NCBI GenBank assembly: GCA_035477775.1
Contig: DATIKH010000133.1
Span: 49,673-113,672 of the forward strand
Direction: 5' to 3'
Length of the DNA stretch: 64,000 bases
DNA from: Bacteroidales bacterium
GTDB lineage: Bacteria > Bacteroidota > Bacteroidia > Bacteroidales > UBA7960
Part shown: positions 1-8,200 of the stretch, in pieces
Layout of the letters: the number at the start of each line of letters is the position of its first letter
Position numbering within the stretch: position 1 is the stretch's first letter
Translations under genes and position numbers: made by a program
The notes under the pieces: model-generated
What the model was told of the DNA's origin: nothing
The model's input: only the letters and a program-made list of their open reading frames with translations
Database searches by the model: none

Positions 1-2255
1 CCAATCCTCACATCGTCCAGGAACCAGACATGAGCATCTTCGCCTTCATATACAAAAGCCAGATAAATGGTATCATTATTAAATTCCGCAAGACTTACGG
101 TGTTTGCGCGCCAGCTGTCTTCTACCGCAGATGTGGTCCAGATTTCTACATAGTTATTATCGGCGGGATTCTGACTTCCTCTTGACACCCTGACGCTGTT
201 TTTGCCATACGATGCAGGGAACTGGTTTCTCGACCAGAAGGTAAGTTCTAAATCTGCACCCGGAGGGATGATTATGGCAGGGGTTACCAGCCAGCCTACT
301 TCTCTTGCTGCAGCGTTCTGACGATGAAAGGCAGAATAGGTTCCGGGAGTGGTATTGTTGGCAAGATTGGTAACTCGCCACTCAAAAACCGAAGCATCGG
401 GGTTATAGACCACCCAGCCTGTATTGTTAAACGTGCCTGTTTCAAAATCCTGCACATAAGGAAATGTATTGATAGTGGGTTCATAAACAGGAAGCGGAAA
501 CAGAGGCCCACCCTCAGGCACTGCCACAAAAAGACCAAATTCCGGCCCGTTGCTGTTTACGGCCGGGTTGAGGAACCCCGATGCAACCAAGGTAGCGGCA
601 ACACCATTCCCACCTTCAAGAGGAAGTTCGTAAGCCGCAACAACGGTACCTGCTAGATCACGAACCTCGATTACATTATTTTTGGGTTCAAGGGGAAGGT
701 ACTGTGAAAACTGACCAAATCCAATGTTTTCAATAAGCCGTCTGGACCCGACTCCAGTTTCCCAAATGCTTACCGGGGGTGCATCGGTAGCGCCATGAAA
801 CACCAACAAATCAATATTGGCAGGATTAGCCGCGGCTTCCCTCCCACGGTCATTTACAAAAAGCCTGAAGGGTTCTGCCGGTGTATAGCCCGTGGGGCTT
901 AGGTTGCCTGAGCCTACTATGATGTACGTTCTGTTTTCAATGAGGTTTACCGTTTGAGTAACCCCAGCCGCAATGGGGGCACCGAGTGGGGTGACCGAAA
1001 TATTATGGTCAACTCCTGCCGGTAGCGTTAAAAATGGAGAGGCCGTCCTGAACGGAATGCTATCAAACAGCATAACACCATTCAGATAAACATCAATAGT
1101 ATCCAAAGCTAAATCGGCCGAGTTATGTATTAACTGAACCCTGGCTGTCGGGGGCGCCCCTTCCGGCCTAAGCTCCTGTACAACAAAGCCAGTGCCTACC
1201 ACATGCGCCAAAATCCGAATGTTGCCGTTCTCAAGCACCCCTACAGAGTTTGTGGCAGTGAGGCTGGCATGACGAGGGCCAATTACAAAGTCATGTACCG
1301 TTCTTTCGTTAAGTATAGCTGTACTGGTAATGGCATTAATTGCTTCAACTACAGTGGCGCCTTCCGTAATATCAACGATCTGATACCTTGCCCCGGCCGG
1401 AGCCCCTACCGGAAGCGTAGAGTTTATTGTATAGGTCAAATACCTTCTGCCACCAAAGTAAAAAATATTCGGGTCGTAGGCGGCCGCATTGATGACGGTA
1501 GTAGGTATTTCGGCCTGAATTACACCTGTTGAGTTGGCAATTATAATCCCACTGTTGTTGCTGGTAACCAAAAACAGGTCAGGCTCACCGGGTATTGGGT
1601 TAAAAATGCCATGGTTGTTAAAAACAGCTTCGGGACTTATGGTGATTAACGCGGGCGTGTCGGGATTGGTGATAACGCCGTTTTCAAAATTCCAAACCCG
1701 AAATTCTATTCCGGGGGCCAAATTGATGTGTGCAATAAGTTTACCATTTGTATTTGGATCGCCAATAATGGAAAATGCATCGCCCAGACGGCCTGCCAGA
1801 GCTGTATAGCTCAAAACCAATTCAGGTTCGCTGGTAAGGCTCCTCCACCTGTATAATCTGAATGGACCGGCGCCCCAGCCGGTACCTTGTGGGTTTGTCG
1901 TTAGGCTTGAAACGAAAATATCATCGCCCACTGTCCTTACATAGTTTATCGGAAATGTTTGTACAGCTAAAATGCCGGTACCCATAGGTAAAGAAAATGG
2001 CGGGGCATCGGGATTTTGGCTGTCCCAAACCCATACATTTGTGGTCACTTCGCGCGATGGAACAATTACCCACCTGTTTTGATAAAGTGCTGCAGACCTT
2101 GCATTGCCTCCGGTACCGATTTGGGTGGGTAAAGCAGTGCCGGTTCTGTTTATAAGGGTGGATATGTCGAAATGGGGCTGAGCATAGCTTTGAAAGCTAT
2201 ATAGCAGCAGCAAAGACAAAAACCACAACATGCTTGCACGTAATTTTTTTTTCAT
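1..2255 (-). CDS. Secreted multidomain protein, 3' end cut by the window edge (signal peptide; N-terminal region of unknown fold; DUF4397-like repeats; choice-of-anchor-J / cleaved-adhesin-like domain)
   Basis: Absent from the ORF track because it has no in-window stop. I read the minus frame (codons ending at 2255, 2252 ...) line by line. No tta/cta/tca triplet falls in that frame from 2255 to 1, so 751 codons are open. ATG at 2255..2253 gives MKKKLRASMLWFLSLLLLYSFQSYAQP (signal peptide). About 495..1150 encodes VQLIHNSADLALDTIDVYLNG ... DLLVFHGATDAPPVSIW (duplicated DUF4397-type motif). 1..480 encodes FPYVQDFETGTFNNTGWVV ... GWLVTPAIIIP ... IYLAFVYEGEDAHVWFLDDVRI (choice-of-anchor-J type). 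Confidence 0.8.
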   Translation of the reverse strand, partial: MKKKLRASMLWFLSLLLLYSFQSYAQPHFDISTLINRTGTALPTQIGTGGNARSAALYQNRWVIVPSREVTTNVWVWDSQNPDAPPFSLPMGTGILAVQTFPINYVRTVGDDIFVSSLTTNPQGTGWGAGPFRLYRWRSLTSEPELVLSYTALAGRLGDAFSIIGDPNTNGKLIAHINLAPGIEFRVWNFENGVITNPDTPALITISPEAVFNNHGIFNPIPGEPDLFLVTSNNSGIIIANSTGVIQAEIPTTVINAAAYDPNIFYFGGRRYLTYTINSTLPVGAPAGARYQIVDITEGATVVEAINAITSTAILNERTVHDFVIGPRHASLTATNSVGVLENGNIRILAHVVGTGFVVQELRPEGAPPTARVQLIHNSADLALDTIDVYLNGVMLFDSIPFRTASPFLTLPAGVDHNISVTPLGAPIAAGVTQTVNLIENRTYIIVGSGNLSPTGYTPAEPFRLFVNDRGREAAANPANIDLLVFHGATDAPPVSIWETGVGSRRLIENIGFGQFSQYLPLEPKNNVIEVRDLAGTVVAAYELPLEGGNGVAATLVASGFLNPAVNSNGPEFGLFVAVPEGGPLFPLPVYEPTINTFPYVQDFETGTFNNTGWVVYNPDASVFEWRVTNLANNTTPGTYSAFHRQNAAAREVGWLVTPAIIIPPGADLELTFWSRNQFPASYGKNSVRVSRGSQNPADNNYVEIWTTSAVEDSWRANTVSLAEFNNDTIYLAFVYEGEDAHVWFLDDVRI

Positions 2256-2296
2256 TGGGATAGAAATTTGGTTGGATTTAAAATCGAAAATCAGTT

Positions 2297-2327
2297 CAAA
2301 TATAAAAAAAATTTTTGAGTGACCAAA
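2297..2327 (-). promoter_or_regulatory. Bacteroidota sigma-A type promoter for the 1..2255 gene (TTTG-N19-TATATTTG)
   Basis: The minus strand reads TTTG (2327..2324), a 19-nt spacer, then TATATTTG (2304..2297). This fits the published -33 TTTG / -7 TAnnTTTG consensus at the preferred spacing. The box ends 41 nt upstream of the ATG at 2255. Confidence 0.5.
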
Positions 2328-2631
2328 AGGAGCTGATTTTTTACCAATGCAAACGCATGAAGCAGGTAATAAAAATAATCAGGTTCAGTTATGGTTGGCT
2401 ATAGTTTTTACAGGTTCTTGCGTTTTTTTTGCTAACGGCTGATATATTGAATGGCAGCAGGCCCTGAACCGGTTCTCACTATAGGAGCAGAAAGCAGTCG
2501 TAAAATAAGCCTTCAGGGTGCAATCAATTTTTTCGAAATAAAACCAATAATGATCAGCAAATTAAAAACAGGCGCATAAAAAAAACCAAGTGACAGAAGG
2601 CTTGCCTGACTAGCAAGTGAAAATTTATTGT

Positions 2632-2665
2632 AAAAAAAAACCGCCTCAATGTGCATTTGAGGCGG
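2632..2665 (-). terminator. Rho-independent terminator downstream of the 2690..5164 gene
   Basis: 9-bp GC-rich stem ccgcctcaa (2641..2649) / ttgaggcgg (2657..2665) with a 7-nt loop. On the minus-strand RNA it is followed by a U9 run (plus-strand A9 at 2632..2640). It starts 25 nt after the stop codon at 2690. Confidence 0.75.
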
Positions 2666-2689
2666 TCTCCTTCTAAAAAAAACCAGAAA

Positions 2690-5164
2690 CTATTTTACTA
2701 CCTGAAGGCGTTTGGTATGTAAACCCGTCTGGGTTTTAATCTGTACAAAATAAATACCGTACTTCAGGTCGCCTACATTTACCAAATGGTTATTTCCTGA
2801 GGCCGTTGCGGAATAAACTACCTGACCGAGCATGTCGATTATGCGAACCTCACTGATCATTTCGTTTGCTGCAATGTTGAGTACCGTCCTGGCAGGATTT
2901 GGAAATAAATTAATAGCAGTAGCTGTTTCGGTAATAACAGGCACTGCGGTGGCGCCGGGCTGCGAGCCGAACACATCATTCACCGTCATAGGACCGGTTA
3001 CAATTACCTGGCGGTTGGGTTCTCCTGGCCATTCGCCCGCATTCCAATTTGCTGCATTAAAGTATTTGTATTGGTAGGTGCCGGCTGGGAGATTGAGTCT
3101 CTTTGAAAAAAAGAAAACATTCTCAGGATCGGCATCCATACTTTGAAGTGCGGGGATTTCGCCAGGTCTTGCCCAGTTAATGCCCGGGAAATTTCCTGTG
3201 ATAAAGATGGTATTGCCCCCAGGTATAAAACCTGGCATGTGCCGAATGTCAACCCTGAATGTAACCTCGTGTCTGATTTGGGTAAGGGTAACATTTACAG
3301 TTCGGTCGGCACCTGAAACAACAACCTGTCCCGAAGCACTTTGGTAACCATCTCTGGAAATGGTAAACTGATGGGTGCCATTGGGCAAGGCAACAACATA
3401 TACTCCGGGTTGCTGCGCAACTCCATTAATACTTACTGTTGCTCCAGCCACATTGGCGTTATCCTGGTCTCTCACTACAAATGTAACATTATAGAAAACC
3501 ACCACGGGCAGGGAAAGGCCTTGGGTTATCAGCCAGTTGTTGGGCGAGACCGGGTTGTTGTTTGCAAGCCTTGAGCGGCTTATCATATGGGGCTGGTTGT
3601 TGGTAACTCCATAGAACCAGGTGCGGCCATCGCTGTCGGCATCTACAGCCATCCAGCCCTGAGGCAGCCAATCGGGGTTTATGGGCGAAACATTGCCTGC
3701 GCTAAAGTCTTCTGACAAAATCTGTGCCGGGGTGTCGCCGGTTCTGGTTGCAATAACTCCAACATTGTCGATAACCAGGCGCTCCATGCCGGTTACGTTG
3801 TGGTGGCGGAATGCGACCCTCACATCGGAGCTGTGAAACCCCGAAATATCGACCGAGCGTCTCTGGTAAATAAAGGGTTCGACCGTGGTGCCTAAGGTTT
3901 CTTCAAATACTTTCACAAAATCTGCCTCGTTGAAAGTATATGCTCCCGCCGGCACCCTGGCTACCCATACGCTGTAATGCTCCCTTCGAAGCAGGGGATC
4001 GGTAGCCGTTGATGCAACATCCCACGATAGATTAATGTTGTTGAAGAGGCCCGGATCCCTGATCATTTCAACATTTACAAAAACGTTTCTATCCACCACT
4101 GTTACAATGCCCTGGGTTGGATAGAAACCTGATCGGGAAACGGTAAAAGGATAGAAGCCCGGTGCGGCATTGAAGGTGTATTGCCCTGCCGGCCTGGCCA
4201 CTCCATCAATGGTTAATACGGCGTCGGTAATCAGTTCGCCTCCAGCATCAGCTACTGTAAAGGTTACCAAAAACTGAGGGTCGGTACCGGCTGTGAGGGT
4301 TACCGGAATGGTGAAGTTTGCAGTATCGACCAAAAATGTGCCGGTGCCGCTAACATAGCCGGTTTTCTGCACGAAATACCTGAATTCGCCGGGGAAAAGC
4401 TTGAAGTTGTAGGTACCGGCGGGATATTCTTTGCCATTGAGTGCAATGACGGCATCGGCTATTGCCCCTGCGGCGTCGGCCACCGTAAAGTTAACATCAA
4501 ACCTATCGACAATGCGTAAATCGTCGAAATACACTGTGCCGGTAACGCCGGCAGCTTGTCCGCTCCATGCCAACTGGAAGCTGTCGAAAAAAATATGTGT
4601 TCCATCCCATATTCCATTTCCGTTTACCCATCCAATTACCTGATCCTCAGGCAGGCGCCATGTAATTCGCCTCCAGCCTGTCCAGTCGATGGTAAACCAC
4701 TGCGAACCTTCCAGATGATTGTTTCCTGCCTCCCTGGTCATAAACCGAAATTTGTTTCCGGATCCATCGCCATAAACAAATACTTCTATGGCCTGGTGAC
4801 GTAAAAACGTGCGTTCCACTACATTTGCATTGCTTGCCGGGATGTGCTGCCTTATAAGGTGGCTTCCGGGTGCAACAGGTCTGGCAGGATCCCACCGGTA
4901 AGTTAACCTCATTGAACCGGTACTGCGAGTAGCAGGGTTAACGACTATAGTATCGCGGGCCATGACGGTTGCCGGAGCCCCTTCATGCTCAAGAATGATG
5001 CCTACGGTACTTCCGCTCCCCTGGGGGAGCCACCAGAGTGTAACGCCAGTTTCAAAATTGTCGATTGACCTGAAATTGGGGTTTGAACCACTTGCAGGGC
5101 CAGCAAGACTGATAAAGAAGAGGGCAAGCATTGCTGCCGGTAAGAAAGTAATCCTTGTTTTCAT
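2690..5164 (-). CDS. T9SS-sorted modular protein with no recognisable catalytic domain (beta-sandwich module shared with the neighbouring amidase, 3 CarboxypepD_reg/PEGA-like repeats, permuted cleaved-adhesin-like domain, CBM20/48-like module, T9SS CTD)
   Basis: The ORF track gives 2690..5236. I trimmed the start to the ATG at 5164 (MKTRITFLPAAMLALFFISLAGPASG, a signal peptide) because 5213..5237 is the terminator stem of the upstream gene. Domain reading is by eye. HEVTFRVDIRHMPGF..TIFITGNFPGINW..PAGTYQYKYF..WPGEPNRQV resembles starch/glycogen-binding E-set modules (tentative). Confidence 0.85.
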   Translation of the reverse strand: MKTRITFLPAAMLALFFISLAGPASGSNPNFRSIDNFETGVTLWWLPQGSGSTVGIILEHEGAPATVMARDTIVVNPATRSTGSMRLTYRWDPARPVAPGSHLIRQHIPASNANVVERTFLRHQAIEVFVYGDGSGNKFRFMTREAGNNHLEGSQWFTIDWTGWRRITWRLPEDQVIGWVNGNGIWDGTHIFFDSFQLAWSGQAAGVTGTVYFDDLRIVDRFDVNFTVADAAGAIADAVIALNGKEYPAGTYNFKLFPGEFRYFVQKTGYVSGTGTFLVDTANFTIPVTLTAGTDPQFLVTFTVADAGGELITDAVLTIDGVARPAGQYTFNAAPGFYPFTVSRSGFYPTQGIVTVVDRNVFVNVEMIRDPGLFNNINLSWDVASTATDPLLRREHYSVWVARVPAGAYTFNEADFVKVFEETLGTTVEPFIYQRRSVDISGFHSSDVRVAFRHHNVTGMERLVIDNVGVIATRTGDTPAQILSEDFSAGNVSPINPDWLPQGWMAVDADSDGRTWFYGVTNNQPHMISRSRLANNNPVSPNNWLITQGLSLPVVVFYNVTFVVRDQDNANVAGATVSINGVAQQPGVYVVALPNGTHQFTISRDGYQSASGQVVVSGADRTVNVTLTQIRHEVTFRVDIRHMPGFIPGGNTIFITGNFPGINWARPGEIPALQSMDADPENVFFFSKRLNLPAGTYQYKYFNAANWNAGEWPGEPNRQVIVTGPMTVNDVFGSQPGATAVPVITETATAINLFPNPARTVLNIAANEMISEVRIIDMLGQVVYSATASGNNHLVNVGDLKYGIYFVQIKTQTGLHTKRLQVVK
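2693..2923 (-). other. Type-A T9SS C-terminal sorting domain (Por_Secre_tail)
   Basis: The C-terminal ~77 aa read INLFPNPARTVLNIAANEMISEVRIIDMLGQVVYSATASGNNHLVNVGDLKYGIYFVQIKTQTGLHTKRLQVVK. This is the canonical (F/Y)PNPA ... G.Y ... K.. pattern. Confidence 0.85.
3281..3496 (-). repeat. Third copy of an intragenic ~70-aa CarboxypepD_reg/PEGA-like repeat
   Basis: YNVTFVVRDQDNANVAGATVSINGVAQQPGVYVVALPNGTHQFTISRDGYQSASGQVVV aligns by eye with the two copies at 4064..4501. Confidence 0.65.
4064..4501 (-). repeat. Two tandem ~70-aa CarboxypepD_reg/PEGA-like repeats
   Basis: FDVNFTVADAAGAIADAVIALNGKEYPAGTYNFKLFPGEFRYFVQKTGYVSGTGTFLV is followed by FLVTFTVADAGGELITDAVLTIDGVARPAGQYTFNAAPGFYPFTVSRSGFYPTQGIVTV. 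Shared pattern: .V.FTVAD..G..I.DAV....G...PAG.Y.F...PG.....V...G(Y/F). Confidence 0.7.
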
Positions 5165-5204
5165 AGGAGTTCGATTTTGGTTTAAATTAGATTCTTGTAA
5201 AGAT

Positions 5205-5237
5205 AAAAAAAAGGTGAGAGATGTCGAATCTCCCACC
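5205..5237 (-). terminator. Rho-independent terminator downstream of the amidase gene
   Basis: The minus-strand RNA reads GGUGGGAGAU-UCGAC-AUCUCUCACC followed by U8 (plus-strand A8 at 5205..5212). The stem is 10 bp; the single plus-strand mismatch becomes a G-U pair on the transcribed strand. It starts 12 nt after the TAA at 5250..5252. Confidence 0.75.
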
Positions 5238-5249
5238 TCCCTTTGAGAA

Positions 5250-8200
5250 TTATTTTATTATTTGTATGCGGCTTTGTTTCCAGCCACCATTGCCCAAAAT
5301 TCTGACAATGTAGGTACCCAGGTCAAGCTCCTGGATATTTATCCTGATTTGATTGCCAAAGGGCTCGCGCGATAACACCATCCGCCCATCCATTGCATAC
5401 ACTTCGACCCTTTTTATAATTTCATCAGAAACAATTGTGATGTAACTTCTGGCGGGATTAGGAAAGACTCTAAAACCTGACGGATCGGGCTCTGCAATAT
5501 TGGTAACATTGGGCCTGACTGTAACGGTTGCATTAACCACCAACGGGATTTCGGGGGTAGTCTGAGCAACCAAAGCCGGAAGCACGAATGTGCCGGTAGC
5601 GGTGTAGTTGCCTTCTAAGGCAGGGTTGTAACCTGCAATACTCCAGGTTAAGGCAACCAGGTGTGAGTTTCCGAACGAATCTAAAATGGTGGTGCTGGGC
5701 TGCAACTCGCTCAGGACAGTCGACTCAGGGGTGCCAAATGCCACAGAAACATTTTCGACCGGGGTAATGGATGCCAAAACCGGTGTTTGTCGAAGCACTT
5801 CCACCTGGTCGAGCATCAGCATATAACCGTCGTCAGAAACGTATTGTATTGCAATCCGGATAACCTGGCCTGCATACCTTCCGAGGAAGTACGAAAACGG
5901 CGTCCATTCTGGCGGGGCCTCAACATGATTTCCCGGAGATTTGAGAATAAAGGATGCCGGGTTGAATGAAAATGCTTGATTGTTATCGACCGATACCAGA
6001 ACCCTGAATTGCTCAAGGCCCCTTGGGCTTGTTTTAGACTTGGCAAAAAACCGAAGTACACTGTTTTCAGTTGCTCTGATTTGCCTGGAAATCAACCACT
6101 TATTATTAACAGTGCCGGTCTGACCCGCCATGGCAATCAGGTACTTGGCGCCATCAACCGGCGGGTGGTTTTCAACAATTGGTTCGGGAGTGGTCAGGGC
6201 AGGGTTCATAACCTTGAATGCGAAAGGGGTTCCTGCTCCGGGAAAAATAAACCCTACGGGATAATTAGTGGGTTGAGCATGAACATCTGCGGTTCGCCAG
6301 GGAAGTAGATCGGTTGTAAAGTTTTCATAGGTTTCGAAGCCTTCCAACAGGGTTGTTGGGAAATTTGGCGGGGAGCGTTTTACATGCCTCAGGTCATCAA
6401 AGAAAATTGAACCCCTGAGGTTTGCTCCGGGCGCATGCCTTAAATGAAATCCATCAATAAAAAAGTTACTGCCTTCAAGAATACCATTTCCGTTTACCCA
6501 ACCAAAAACCGGATCGCGCGAAAGATCCCATGAAACAAGTTTCCATCCCACCCAGTTTATGGGTATCCAGGCACTTCCTTCTAGATGATTCAGTCCGTCG
6601 CGAATCATTAACCTGAGCTCGTTGCCCGAACCATCGCCAAAAACAAACACCTGAAGCACATCGCTATTAGTGAACCTAATGGCATTTTGATCGGCTCCTG
6701 GCGGAATATGCTGCCTGATGTAAGGTGTTCCTGCAAACCCTTCCATCCAGGCATAATCCAGGCGCATGCTACCTGTGCTTCCGGTGGTGTGGTTTACGGT
6801 ACTTATATTGTGAAACCTTCCGGTGAGTTCGGTTACTATACCTGCAGTTTGCCCTGCCTGTTGGGGATTCCACCAACTTACTATGCCTGCATCGAACGCA
6901 TCAATGGTGGTTTTTTGGGTAATGGCCTGCTCGATCAGGTAAAAATTAAAGGTAAAAGCCTCTGTGAGGTTGTTGAAAGCATCGGAAAGTCCGGCGGCAA
7001 CATGTACCTTGTAAACCAAAGAAGGATTGAGGTCTTGGGTAGGGAAAAACTGCAAAACACTCCGCCCGTTTACAATACTGTGGCGGATCACACCAGGAAC
7101 TGGAGCCCCACCATTAGCCGGTGCAAGGGTAATGGTTTGAGCGCCAATACCCGCTTCAAGGACTGGTTCGTTGTAAACCAGCCTTATAATCGGCCTCAAT
7201 ACTCTGGCCGGCTCTTTTTCGGTCGGCCAGGAATCAACCAACATGGCAGGTGTATTATCCTGTTCGGCAGTGGTAAAGGAAATCACAAAATCGCCTCCTT
7301 CAAGTCCATTATTATCGCCATCGAGAAGCTGCCCGGTAAGCAATCCCCTTGCTATGCTTCCATCAATTCTAAGCTCATAATTGGTAACATAGTTTAGCTG
7401 AGCAGTATTGATTACCAGAGTAAATTCATCTGTCCAAGAATATGACAGAGCTGCATTCGGGGTAATTCTAATGGCATCAAGAACGCTTTGCTGATTCATT
7501 TTCCGACTGAAACGGATACTTACGGGGGTGCCCGGAACCAGGCCGGTCAACTGCCCTGCAGGCAATACTCTTTCAACCACAGGAGCCTTTGTTGAAGTAA
7601 GGAAAACATCCAGAAAACTCAGGTTTTGGGCAATATTGCCATTCGGGTTGGAGGCAATTACCAGACTGGTATCTAAAGGTTGAAAATAATCCGACGAGAA
7701 AACCACATTTACGGTTGATAAAGGCTCGAGGTTTTCGATAAAGAAAAAACCATTGCTCAGCAGTGAAGGGTCGTTGGTGAATCTGTGAAACAACGACTCA
7801 AAGGAATCGGTAACATATGTCTGATTACCGATTGTTACAGTAATTCCGTTGAGCGGTCTGTTGGTTTCGATATCTCTGATAAAACCAGTAGCAACACCAA
7901 TTGCGGGTTTTTGAAGGTTATGAAATTCAAGTATTGACCAGAGTGCTGCCAGTGCTTCCAATTTTTTCCATTCGGCATTCATGTTGCGCTGGTTCTGGGT
8001 GGGGTTTGTGTGAAAGCCCGCCTCGCTGAGCAACGATGCCATTTGCGAAACCCTGTTCACAAATAAAAAAGGAAATTGGTTTGTGTGGGTTGGTATGTTT
8101 CCTTGTAAAAAAACCCGGTCGGCAAAATTACCTGTAGTGGGTATGCGCATTGCCCCGGGAAGGTGTACATTCTTCAATGCACCGAATGCGGCTCCGCCTT

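Noticed and set aside
2244-2252. A9/T9 homopolymer at the very start of the 1..2255 gene as a possible slipped-strand phase-variation switch
   Set aside because: It simply encodes the Lys-Lys-Lys of a standard MKKK signal-peptide n-region, which is common in this phylum. There is no evidence of variability from a single sequence.
5165-5236. 24-codon N-terminal extension of the 848-aa track ORF (MGDSTSLTFFLSL...)
   Set aside because: The extension overlaps the terminator stem-loop of the upstream gene (5213..5237). A canonical signal peptide begins at the internal Met (5164).
6687-7397. 236-aa plus-strand ORF (with similar ones at 5976..6308 and 8668..9351) inside the amidase and TolB-like genes
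   Set aside because: These lie entirely antisense to CDSs that carry strong family motifs. They have no recognisable motif, signal or promoter of their own. They are typical shadow ORFs.
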